64,000 nucleotides of DNA from Balanoglossus misakiensis (lineage: Eukaryota; Animalia; Hemichordata), in the NCBI GenBank assembly GCA_040954595.2, contig CM082577.2:1984001-2048000 (forward strand), given 5' to 3'. The position numbers were made by a program, and so were the translations under genes. This document shows, one piece after another, positions 27,908 through 41,200 of the stretch (its first letter is position 1; each line of letters starts with the position of its first letter). The notes beneath the pieces are model-generated. The model was not told the DNA's origin and made no database searches. It saw only the letters and a list, made by a program, of their open reading frames with translations.

Positions 27908-30900
27908 GTAAGTACATAAAATGCAGAAATCGACACTGCTCCGGGGCGGGAAGGGAATATGTATGCGGGTCAGGTATAGTGGCTGCGAGAGAGAGAGAGG
28001 AGAGAGAGTGAGATGGAAATGATTCTTATCTGTAGAATGTTTGTCGTGTGTTAACAACTTGCAGCGGACTCCCGACACTGAGCGAAGAATGCGTAACGTT
28101 AGCAGCACCAGCGGGTTGGCCCGGCTAGCCAGGCGGTTGAGCCAACGGGGAGACAAACGAGATCACGCGGAACGAGTTCCAACCCGCCAACGTTCAATCT
28201 CCATCGACTGGTATGTATCGGGGATTATGCGTCCCAACGCCGCCCTCCAAAAAAAGTAGATGTGGCATGCTGGTCGTTGTTTAAAGTCAAACTGCTGGCA
28301 GCCGGTGGAAACGTCTGATCCTGCTTTGCACGGTGCATGTCGCGACCCCTGCCCCCCTCTCCCAGATGTTGTCATTTGATCCACATTGTCATGGCAACCC
28401 CAAGACAAGATTGTCACAATGTCCTTATTTGCAGCATAGATGTAATTTTTATATTTTGTATGCCGTTTGTACTTGAAACTACCCTACTGGTACATGTATT
28501 TGCTTCTCCTAAAGTAAAGGTTACTGCAATTTTAAAATCTGAATGTTTTGCCTGTTTATATATCTGCAGTATCTGCAGTTTATGGATGAGAAAATGTGCC
28601 AAATTGCAATATGATTACATAATGCCTATTCATTGTAAATCTAGGTCCAATCAGTCTTTTTGTTGACTAAATCGGCCATGTTACAATAGCCCCATCACCT
28701 TTTTATGATACCGATACATTAGTAAAGCATTTTAAGCACTATATGACATTTTATGATATACGTGTATGAAAGCAAGGCCAATCTGTGTTTTTTTCCTGAC
28801 GTGAAGCTTTCAGTATTGTTCCTAGTGGGGCTTGTTGTCATAGTTATCATTCTGATTGATGTTGCGTGGAAGCCTGTGTGATCATAGTTTTTTTTGGGTG
28901 TGTGTGAGTTTCCTTGGCAATAGCCTTCCTACAATCCATCTTTTTTTAATTCGAAAAAAATGGTCTAACATTAATACTTAATAGATAATTTTATAATTAT
29001 TCAAATGGTATTTTCTGTAAGGAATGAGAAAAATCATCCTGTTTAGGCAATACATTTGAATAAGGTTTAAAATCTTGGCAGGAAAGTTACTGTTTTAGAT
29101 GATTATTATGCAAAGGTTCTTACTTTTTATTTTGGAAGAATAAGTTTTGTGATGTAATTTTAAAATTAAATACATGTCTGTGAAGTAAATGATCAAATGA
29201 GGTTAAAAATGTGGTTTTATACAGAAAACTTTCCGTTTAATACTTAAAAATACGGCATCACATGTATTGAAGCTACAGTTTCTTACAGAACCCTGCAGCA
29301 AAAATTGAAGAAAAAAAATATTAAGAGATCACTCTGAGATGCAAATTCTTCTCAACCTTTGTGTGAAAATGCATCTGTAAAAGTATCCAAAATTGTTCTT
29401 GCAGTGGAGATGTGCGGAAGGCGCAAAGCATGGAGAGCTTGCTTCAGCCGAACCACGATTTGAAGGCGTCGTCCATCCCCACGTCGCCGTCGGCGCCCCA
29501 GAGGCTGTACAGAAAACTTTCGGGCAAGAGGCGTGAAAGTCTGGCGACTGAAATAGATAAGTTAGACAAGGAGAGGAATAAGAAATCTTCCAGGGGGATC
29601 ACTGATATAAAAGGTACTTGTTATTTTTTTGCCAAGTCGTGACAGGAGCCTTTTCTATTGTGTATCATTACGACATTAGACTGTGTTATCTGAGAGTGAT
29701 ATTTCTGCAGTCTGGCCATTTAAAATCGATTTCTTGTTTATTGTGTTATTTGTGAATGATATATGTGCAGTCTGGCCATTCAAAATTGATTTCTTGTTTT
29801 TCAAACGTAATTGTGCATAAACTTGTCTTAGACATTATTGCCAAAGCGTCAGTCGAGGAGAGACATACCCAGCGTTGAAATTTACATATTTTAGTTTTCC
29901 GTATTGGAAGATTTTGATACACATTTTACAGACCCAGAATGGAATTCTGCCATTTTGTGTAATTTGGGGTGCAGCGATGTCTAGCTTAAATCCAGTGTAC
30001 TCTTGCTATACAACCGAGATACTTTTAATCCATGTCCTCATGTACAGTTTATCAGCTCTTTTGCTACAAAACCACGACGGACACCCTGATCAGATAAACC
30101 CCCCTCCTCAAATATCACTATACCCTCAACATCCCCCACTGTTTTCATTCCCCAGCACTTTTTGAGGCTGTTGAACACCAAGACATCGAGGCTGCCAAAG
30201 GGATCTTGGAGAGCAATGGCTTGGACATCAACACCGTCAATTGCGAGGAGTTCACAGTATTAGACATCGCAGTCATGACCAACAACACGCCCATGGCCAA
30301 ACTGTTACTGGAGATGGGGGCTAGGGAAAACCCAAGGTGTAAGTATAGTGTCTTGTAATTGTCCATCTTGGACTTTTGCGACTTTGTTCTTCCCTGGATC
30401 CCAACTCAAAATAATATGAACATTTTGGATACTGCACCATAATGTTTCCTGCACTCATGCATATACAGTGAAACCTGTGATTACGGTCACCTCTGTAATC
30501 AGGACACCGCTGTATTGAGGACAGATTTTCTGGTCCCAGAGGTGTTCTTTATAGACAGGTTTCACTGTACTCTTCAAAAATCAATTTGTACGATGGCGAC
30601 ATGGGTAGTTACACTTTCCAGGCTTCCAAAATACAGTGCACTCTTCCCACTCAAATAGATGGATCACTTTCTTCATTTTGAAGCCCTATTGGAGATAGAA
30701 CCCTATTTCATATTTTATGCCTTTCTCCCGAGTTAATCTGGGAATGGAATAGAATCTCAGATTGGTGATCTCTCTCAGAAGTTACATGTAGACATCAGGA
30801 TTGAAATGTAGCCTGAACTTTCTGAATCCAAATGTAGCGCAAGAATGTGTATTGAGCGATTAGAAGATAAAGTCTGCGTGTAAATTTCAATAGAATTGTC

Positions 30901-33900
30901 TGAAATACATACTTTTGAAAGATTCAGCTAAGCATAGTCTGTGTGGATATGTTACCATGGCAATGTAAGAAAAGTTTGTAATCCGCCAATTTTTCGCATG
31001 TGATACAAAAATTCAGATGCCAGCTTTTCCAAAAACAAGGTTTGTACATCTTTTTGTGCAGAGGGAATATTAAAATCAATTATTCAAATTTAACATCACT
31101 GATTCAAGTGGGGCTTATCTCAAGAATGTGCCTGACTTGAGCCAAAGGAGTCAGACAGTTCATTTATTTATTTATTCAGGAAGGAGACGTTGGTATTTCC
31201 TTTATCTCAGCTGCGAGAATATGAAATATGAAAATGTATCAGATGTGAAGTGTGTGTTGATTCAGAATGTGCATTATTTAACAGACAGATGCTGTGCATT
31301 TTGACATTCAATTTTTCTTGGAATTATTTTTTCCTGCATATCAACTTTTAGTCTTTCTGTTTATCCCCAAGAGCTTTGCTGAAACTCCCAGCGCGTGGTA
31401 CCACGTCGACTTGACTCAGTTTTGCATTTCAAATTCTTGATGCTTCAACACGTTCTGTAAAGAAAAATAGAATAAGAAACTAGTTCATATGCAGAAGAAA
31501 ATTGTTGAATTACTTTCTGAAAATAGGGGGCTGTTTGTTCCTCAAAGTAGTTACATTCGAACTGGTATATTTATGGTAGAGATGTACAATTCTCACACCA
31601 GGAGAGAATGCCAAATTTAAAGGTTAGCCCGTGAAATTGATAGTGAAAAATAGACTCAATAGCCAATCGTTTTCCATCACTGTCAAGATAAATACGACAA
31701 TTGTCATCAATGCTGTAGGCAACCAGTTTCTTTCTCGGTTTGCAATATAAAAGCAGAATACAGCCACAGTACAGAGGAAATGATAGAAAATCTGCGTTTT
31801 CCAAGAAAAAGTGTCTATTGATTGTCTGGATATTATTCATGCTCCTCTCTGCTAAGCTTTTCACTAAAATACTGACTGATGTCTTCTCAATTGATACATA
31901 TACTACACACAGTTGGTGTGGGCGTGTAAAGTTATTGTAGTTTTGTGCGGGCATGTGCTTGTGAAAGCATTAGGTACACTACGAAGACGAGATTTAGTGA
32001 AGTCTTTAAATGTGGCCGCCTTCATGCTATAGGCAAAACTGGTAGAGTATATTTGTGCAAATCCGCTGCAAACAAAAAAACGCTGAAGTTTCTATATCTA
32101 GCTCTGTTCTCTCTGCATTGTTATACAACCCTGCAGCAATGAAAGTATACATGTATGTACAACCGCACCAGGTTTTTTTAAAAACAATTTTCAGTGCAGT
32201 CAATAAAAACCCTGAGAATTCAGTTCTGATATTCTCATCAGGTTGGGAATTTAAACATCAGATAATTGGATTAATCAACATGTATCGTGATTCCTGGAAA
32301 ACAGAGACCCCCCCCCCCAAGAAAAAAAAATCATAAAAATCACACAAGATCAGCATTCACTGTTTTATAGATGTTTCAATTGTGTTGCAGTTTTTTTCCA
32401 GTCTGCTTTTTTATTGGAACAGCATCTTAATTTAAATATTCAGAAGGACTAACTATGATTTTCTCCTCCTTTCTCTGCAGTTTTGCTCAAAGAATCGCGG
32501 TTATCGAGGTTGATGGCTCTCATAAACGAAGCAGAGCGAAAAGTGGAGGATCTCACCTCCGCTGTTGTCAATGCAAATTCATCCAACACAACTGGGTCCA
32601 ATTCTCAAACAAAGGTAGGAAATTATGTGCTGTGACCTTTTGCAATGTAAACGCTCCCATCCGTTAATTTTAAAGTTGGTGATGTCCCTGAGAAATATTT
32701 TTAAGTTTTCAAGGATGCATGGCCTCCGTAAAATCAGACGGGGAAACCATGAGTGTGCGCTTTAACTCCGGTGATGAGGCAGGACTTCACTGGTAAAATA
32801 CTGCTGCGTTGCTTGTCTCTAAAGTCTTGTTGTAAAAGATGTTAAAGCAGAATCTGATGTTTTATATGCTTTATTCTTAACCCTTGGAACCTTGCTCAAA
32901 AGGAAATGTCCACTTGGCATCATCAATCACCACGGAGCAAAAGGGGGTATATCCCATCCAATTTCATCCAGAGAGTGTTTCTTAATTAAATGTGTCCGTG
33001 TCCATGTCTGCCAATATTTGTCCAAGTTTTCAGGTGAAGCCAGGGAGACATGCATTGTAGAATTTGTTGCTTCTCCCCCATTTGGAAATTTGCTCACAGG
33101 ATTAGATTCTGGAAAGGATTGATTTAATCTGTGCTCTGTGGTATGTTGGGGGAAAATATGCTGTCTTTTGTCGTAGTGAAAGCAAAATGTCAACAAGTGT
33201 TGTTGAATCGTAGATGTACGTTCAAAACACAGCACCAAAATTTTCCCACCGAAACAAGCGGTCCAAACTGGAGTAAAGCAGTTCCCAACCTCTTACATAA
33301 TATTTAAATGAGTCATCCACTTGACCGATGTCCGGCCTGTCGTACTTCAGACGACACTTCCCGTCAACTCAACACATTATCATTCATGCGCCGACGGTGT
33401 GTTTTTCAGGAAAACGAAAAACTTTTGAAGGAATGGGAATGGAAATTCCGGCTTCTCAAGAGAATGAAAGCAGGGTTTGAACATGCAAGTGAGTATTTCT
33501 TGGAAAATTTGCTGTTGTTTTTGTTGTCTGTGATAATGTCAAAGTCTTGACACTTGTAGCTAAGTGCCTTTGGTGAACACACACAATGCCACTGGGCAAC
33601 ACCTTGCATACAGAGAATTGTTCTCTCTGACACGATAGCTTCTCCAAGACATCTCAAAATCATCCTGAGAAAAATTCGCAATGGTTCATCAGACTTCTGT
33701 GGAAGTCTTCAATGTGATTTGGAGTCAATCGGCACTCTTTAAACTTTGTCGTATTTCACATATTTGAATGCGGTAGTGTGTACATGTATACACTCTTTGT
33801 GTTCTGTGAAGTTGACCGTTACTCACATGTGATCAGTATTGAATACAATGTAACCATTTGAGACATAAACACCTCTACTCTGTATCATTCTCGAAGTAAG

Positions 33901-36900
33901 ACATGACCATTCACACCTGTCTCAAGGACCTGACACAGATGGGCAGAACGTGCCGAGAGAGATTATTACAAAATTCCCAAATGAAAAACGATATGATCTC
34001 TTTTTAAAGTTACAATATTTGGTGACAAGCTTCGTAGAAAGATAGAATTGATATATTGCTTTTGTCAAACTGTAAAGTGTGAAATTTTCCTAAGGGGAAC
34101 ACAAGTAGTCTTTGCTTCAGAGTAACTTTCATTTAAATCTAGCATTTAAAAAGATAAATAATTTAACGATTAAGTGTAAACGCAGATTAAACCTCAACAT
34201 TGCCATGCAAAAGTAAACAGAAAGAGTAACCGCCCATGGCAAAGGATTTTTTAGGTGTTTGCTGTCAGAATCGTTATTTATTCACAAATTGACTGTATCA
34301 GTTTACTCTGAAATGAATCTGAATGTGGAAGTTTTTGTAGTATATACAGTAAACCTCGTAGGTGCGATGTTTAGGCCATAAAACGGCCAGTTGAACTGCG
34401 ACCAGTTAGTGGAGAACAAAGCTGGGCTTGCTTTATGTAACCGATTGTCTTTGTTTCGCTGACTTTCTTTGTGCAAACACGACAAAACACTGCTGGTGTG
34501 TATTGATTTGTCCCAATGTTGGTTGAACAGGGTGTATGTATTTGTGGAATGAACCCTGTCAGCTACTTGTGGCCTTGTACGTTCAGTTACTTTGCATGTT
34601 TTTCTCTATTGGTCCACAGATTCTAGCTCTCCCAAGAAATGATACTCCCAACAATTTCAAATGTTTTGATAGCACCTTCTTCAACCAATACGCACTTTAT
34701 AATAAAACTGACGAGAGCTGAATTTTCCATCATTTCAAAACCAGGCTTACTGTCCTCCATCTTTTACCTTTCTATAGGGCCTCCTGAATGTCCAAGGAGC
34801 GTTACCTTGACGACAGCCAGCAGCTCTTCGCTACATGTGCGATTTGAAGAGCCGGCAAACATAAACGGTGCTGTTATTACCAGATACAAAAGTGAGTCGA
34901 ACCGTTTTCTTGTATTAACCTGTCACGCGCATCATACGTAATTCCACGTAATGCGCAATAATTTCTCTGAAGGGAAACGGCAATAAATCTTAAACCGACC
35001 AACTATTACCAACCAATAAATTGAAAAGTCTTATAGCACTGTCTTGTTTCCCCTTGTTGTCTTTATAGCCACCTGTGGATTTTACTGTAATTCATGATTA
35101 TATTTCAGCTCACGTGTTCACACACGTGAGTACTGACATGTGTCTGTCTGTCTGTCTCTCGATCTCTCTGTTATAAATGCAAAGTAAACAGCACAACATT
35201 TTCTGAAACTTGGTAGACTATTGGTTTCACATAAATTGAGACTTGTATTTGCACAGAAAGACAAAGACAAGTTTCATAATTATTTATTGCTTCAACTTTC
35301 ATTCTTTAATATCAAACCAGATGAGCATGTTCAGTTCATAAATGGTTTCAAGATGTGTTGAGTATGAGGGTTTTTTTGTATACGTCCAATCCTTTGGTGT
35401 TGCCGACTCTGAAAATAAAGATGTGTAGTCGGTTAGTATTGCTGAATTAATTTTGACTTACAGGAATTGCAATATCCTGGGATGAGTGTGTCGGGCAGAA
35501 CAGTTCTAGCCTTTCTATATTATTTTGCATCTGCCTTTTTTTTGGTGTTCACTCAATTATTTTGCTGAAGAGACAGTCAAATTACTGTGGAATAAAAATT
35601 CTAACAAGGTTTGACATTGCTGCAGCTGATCAGCATAAAAGTAGGACGCACACACAGCAAGTATTCAGGACGACATGGTCATATTAGGTGCTCTTTGCAA
35701 TACCTCTGCTGAGCCATAAAATTGGTGCGCTTGATTTATGCTTATTGAACAACTTGTGGCGCGCATTGACTGATTAGATGGTGGGGAAAAGACTCTGTGG
35801 GGAGATCAGATTTGATGAAATGTGGAGAGAGATAGCACTTTTATGATGTCGTCGTGAAGATGTTGATCAGTTTGCCCACCACTTTCGGCGGCAGTCAGCA
35901 GAATATTCAAGCCAAGCTCTGATTGGTCGAAAAGTGCCAGATTTCACAGTTGTCCTCTGCAGCCAGCGAATCGGAAATCAGCTTACTGCTGGTAGTCGTC
36001 TGTGACAGGAGTTTATATGTGTTTAGGCGATGGGTTGATGCTTGAAAACGATGGCAAAAAGAAAACCATTAAAGAGATCCGCTTTCTTGGAAGTTGGAGA
36101 GATTCTATGTTTTTAATGACGAATTTGTGGGATTTTGTTAACCCGAATCGTCGAGTTGATCGATGAATTGTGACACTTTAAACGCATTATGGCTATCTCC
36201 AGCTTCTAGTGGTTGGTACTTGCAAGAGGCATCTAATGGAATCTTTTCAGGATCTCGTCTTCAGAATTCCTTGTTTTACGGATAAGTGGGATACTTCCCT
36301 GATGGAGAGAGCAACAGATTTAAGGTTATGTGACAAGAAACAGCTCCTTTCGAATGAAGCATTCTCTGACTCAACTAATAGTGAGCGAGCAATGATCTAC
36401 ATTTTGGAGGAAAGCCCATAAAATTGGGGAATTCTTCTGCATAGATTTTTTTGTTTATTAGTTATGTAAGGATCATGTCTAAACAAGCAATATTAAACCT
36501 GCTATTCAAAAATGAAATTGGTGAAATTATGTTACATAAATTGCTTTTCAATTTAACGCGTACTTTGGGTGGGACAAACGACAGTAGCAATTATGCCCAG
36601 AGCGTTAATTGTCCTTTCAATATTCAAGGCAGTGGTTGAAGTACAATGTAGGCACGGTTGGCGATAATTCTCCACCGCACAAGAGAATTTATGTGCAAAC
36701 CTTTAGACATTGTGCAAGAGTGCGGTAATGGTATATAATTAACCATGTAGTAAATCACCGTAGTGTATAGTTACGTCGCTCTGTTTTCCCGATCTCCAGA
36801 CACTTCATCAAAATGACAAAGCAGTAACAAGAATTTCAGGTCGACTACATTTGACAAGCGTCATGTTTCTCTAACATATTGAATATTATAACTGTTTCCC

Positions 36901-38181
36901 AAATTTTATGAGCGAAAATGTAATTGACAAAGAAAAGTTGTTGAAACATTAAAACAATTGATTTCTTTATAGGGTTTAAAGTTTGCTAATACCCAGATCC
37001 GATTGAGTTTCTATGGCGACCAGAATTAGGTTGCATTTAAAAACCTGTTCTTGGAAATGTATGCTCATTCTATTTTTTTTCTTTTCGTTCCATTTTCAGT
37101 TGAATGGAGTACAAGTGATGATTTTTGCACACCCTGTGGAGAGCACATCCTCTACGATGTTCGGAATTTATTTTACACGATCCAGGGCCTCACACAGGTG
37201 AGACAGCATGTTTTATGTGCATCTTCATTTTCATCCAGTTGCAAAGTTATTGTTTCAGCGCTGGGTTTGTGATGGGAGTGACCTTTCTCTTTTGAGTGTA
37301 GCTTTATTATCTGTGGGAAACAAAATATCTCATTTCTTAGTGATATTTGCGGGGTGGAAGGGGAATGAGTTTTGTATCCAAATGTTAATTTGGCATCTAA
37401 TTTAGAAAATTAATCACAAGAGAAATTTCCCTGCTTTGGGACTTTTTAGAGTTGTTTATTTATTGTTGTCACATTCAGTGCATCAGAGAGAATTAAGTTT
37501 GGGATTTTGCACTCTTCCTCGGGTAACATCCTCAGGATTATAAGTACATTCAGTCAGATTTTTACTGATAATGGCATTGGGCAGTGACAAAGGGGGAAGG
37601 ATCTCCGTTTTTGAATGCAGATTCATCAGGATTTGAGTGTTTGGAAGTGGAAAACATAGTTCTGAGAGGTTACAACTGTCTCTGAAGCCGGTAAGGGGGA
37701 TGACGAAAAAAGATGCAGGGAAAGGGTAATCTATCTGAATTGAGAGAGTCGCTGAAATTGATAACCCTCATTCGCGGAGGTTAAAGTCTCTTTAAAGCAA
37801 TGCGACTACGTCCGATTGCGGAGTGACGTCATCGCAGAAACTGTATCACTCCTGGGGATTTGGACAAATTAAACCCTTCCAAATGATAGAGGGTAGTAGC
37901 CTGAGGATGCTTGACAAGGGGGTCACCTGTGGTGACACTGAGGTAGTTTTCGCTCCCTCGGGGAGAGATTTTCAGAAAATTGATAGCCCTCCAAACTTTT
38001 TTTCAATTTCTTTGCTGTAAAATTAAAGAGAGTGAGGTATCTATTTGAAATCAAGGCAGCCATTTTGAATTTCAAATTTGAGTCAGTTTTGCTCTATTAA
38101 ATTTTGCACAGTAGTGACCCTTAATTTTTATTGTCAATTTTAAGAAAGAAGGCTAGATTACATATTGTTAACGTCTTTGTT

Positions 38182-38220
<39 letters not shown>

Positions 38221-41200
38221 AAAAGGGTACCAAATATTTTGTCAGGGTCTCGGCTTTCAACATGAAGGGGTTTGGACCATTCCAGCTGTCGACGCCTCCA
38301 TATGCCATACCATCATGTGAGTATCCACCCACTGGCCTTCCCTGTGCAGTTAGGTTTTTTTAGGGGGGTGTAGGGTCTCAATGCGTGTGGTAGAAATATG
38401 TATTTCAAGTCTTGACAAATGCCTCTCTCACTTCTGTTGAATGTCAGAAGTGTAGGCGTTCCTGACTGATAACTGTATCCCGGGGGAAGGCACCATATTA
38501 TGTTATGTAACCTTTAAAGTTATCAGTAAAGGTACGGTCCGTACATTACCTTTCCAAGAATTCACGTTGAAAATGATAGAGCTCCAGGGCAGTGGTTCGC
38601 TCAGGCAAATGTCACGCAACCATTAAAGGTGTTAGATTTTACGAGAAGATAACAAAAGTGAAAGCAGACACCGAAAAGGGCTCATTTTCTTGGAGGACGC
38701 GTGTTGTCGGTGCTTTGATGGATTTCAGAGTTGGTCCCCACGGCCATGAAGTTTGCACAGTCCATACCCAAATGAAAAGAAATCTTCCCTCCTCGTTGCC
38801 TTTCCCCCTCCACGCACGCACCAGAGTATTGATCTAGATATGATTTCCAAGTCATTTTAGCTCTTCTGAAGCAGCTTTGCATCTTGTTCAATACGGTGCA
38901 TGTATCTGATCGTATTTCAGTTTTATATGTCTGCCGTATTATTAGTCTGTGTAGACATTCTGCTCTGAATACCCTTTAGTGTACTGCTTTCTGTTCTAGT
39001 TCTACAAAGATTAACATGCTTTGTAGTCCTGAATTCGAAGCATTGCCCTCTAACCGACAAATGCACTTTGTGGGATCGTACACACACCTCGAAAATCAAA
39101 CTCAAATTTTTTTTCCATGTTTTGCTTGATAACTTTGGATCATTCTCTCTTGAAATTGAGAATAAAACTAGGAATCACCCTGTAAAGGAGAGAGTGAAAT
39201 TGTCTCAATATTGAAATTCAAAATGGCCACCAATCTCTGTGTTAACTCTACTGAGGAAAATTGTGTGAAAACAAGATGGTGCTTGAACACCCTGTCTTCT
39301 TCCTTTACATTGCATCTGAAGTCTACATTTGCAATGAAATACAGGGGTGCGTAGTGAAGATTGATGAATGCTGATTTACCGTTTTCATCACTGATTTTTT
39401 GTTCTCTCTCTCTCTCTCCCGCTTGTGACAGCCTGGCGTGATGTGGACGGCAGTAAACCGCGCTCCAGCGGTCGATTAACGATGATTGATGATCTCTTCA
39501 CGCAGTACTGCAACTCTCGGCCTGCCGACTCCATGGAAATAAAATGTAAGTCTTGGGCATAAAACTGACACGCCATGCATATAACCTCTTCAGAGTTTCT
39601 ACGGCTGTTTTCCGGGAATGGTGATGAATTTGTGTTTACCTCCGCGAGCGTGCGAGAGGGAAAGATCGGTGGCCGGTCGCTATTGATGCCGACGTGTTGC
39701 CGCAAGACGAATGGAATGTGTTTAACTAGTTTATATGTTGACATGGTCTGTGACTTTCCAACTTCCCTGGAGTCTATGCCTCCAACGCTGTTGAGAACAA
39801 GAAAGTCAATTACAGAAAGAAATGTGTATTTTTCTCTCGCCGCTCGCATGTTGGTAAGGGTTCCGAGATCACCATTGTAAATTTTGTGGAAAACCAACAT
39901 TTTGAGGAGTATATCCTTATAAAAACAGGGAAAAAATGTGTTTTCATTAAAATGTATAACCATCAAAAGGATTGCCACTATTGGTGGAAAGTTGAATTTT
40001 AAGTTTCCCATTTTTTTTCAAATCAATCATTTTGACAGTTTTTGTTTGTAAATCCCTTCGCAGCAAACTCATCACCAAGATCATCTCCGAGTCAAGTCAG
40101 GAAGACCGTTAAGAAAAGCATCAAGACATTTTTCCAGTCGGCACCAAAGTTCCAGAAAAACTTAAAAAGGTAATTATCATATTTTCTCAGAAAAAAAGTG
40201 GGTTGGGACAAGTGATATACTCTAGCCTGCATGCATTGCTGATTGTGAAATACCACTGCCGTCTTTGTGAGAGTAAAGCTTCTGTGAATAGGTCAGCGTG
40301 ATCTTAATCAGTTGTCGTGGAACGTTGTGCTATTAAAAGATCCGTTACTGCATGTAAATTGGGAAGTGATGCAGAGTTTCTTTTGATACACAGCAAAGAT
40401 CAAGATCTGCTCGGTCTATGAATCATTCAAAGTGCTGTTTAATAGTCTATCACTATCATCCAGTCTCTTGTTACGGGATCGCACTGACCCCTTGAGTTTT
40501 GTTCAAGTTTGTTTGTTCTGAATCTGAAATGACGGGCACAGGCGCACGTACGTGCATGGACGTGCACACACAGACACACACACACACACAAACACGTACA
40601 CAAAAATGATATCCACCCCATTCCTCTTACTGTTGCAATTTAGTTGTTCAGTCATGTGCGATACGGTTTCGAGGTAGCTTAATAACATCGATACTACTCT
40701 GGATGATCACGTTTCTCATTTAATCCACCGCAATAAATCACTGTGAAATTCTTTTTCGGAGGGTGATCTGTAGTCACCTGGCAAGAAAAGGACCTAGTTT
40801 TCCAGACGTGCACTTGTGGGGGTTCGCCTGGAAAACTCTCTTGTATGTCGCAATTCAATTAGTCATGCCAAAATGCCATAGTAACAGCCAATGACAGGCC
40901 AGCTCTTACTTGCGCTATGTTTGAAGAACTTTTTAATAACTGTCTCATAAAAATATTTTCTCTAATGCAATGTTTTTTTCTCTTTTTTGCCTCATAGGGG
41001 AGTTTACCTTGCAGCTTTACTGTTTAACGAAGATCGGATACTTGTAACTGCCGAAGATCAAGTCCCAATAGTTGAAGTAGATGAAAACTTCTCAAATAAT
41101 ATTCACCATGACTTTCATTGGCTTATGAAGGTATGATATTATTAAATATCATATGTTTTCATCTAATTTCAAAGCTGCATAGTACTTCAGAAAGAGACCG

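Noticed and set aside
39388-40011. Longest ORF in the track (207 aa, minus strand)
   Set aside because: Antisense to an ANKFN1 exon and intron, with a non-ATG or weak start and no recognisable motif. Most likely a chance ORF.
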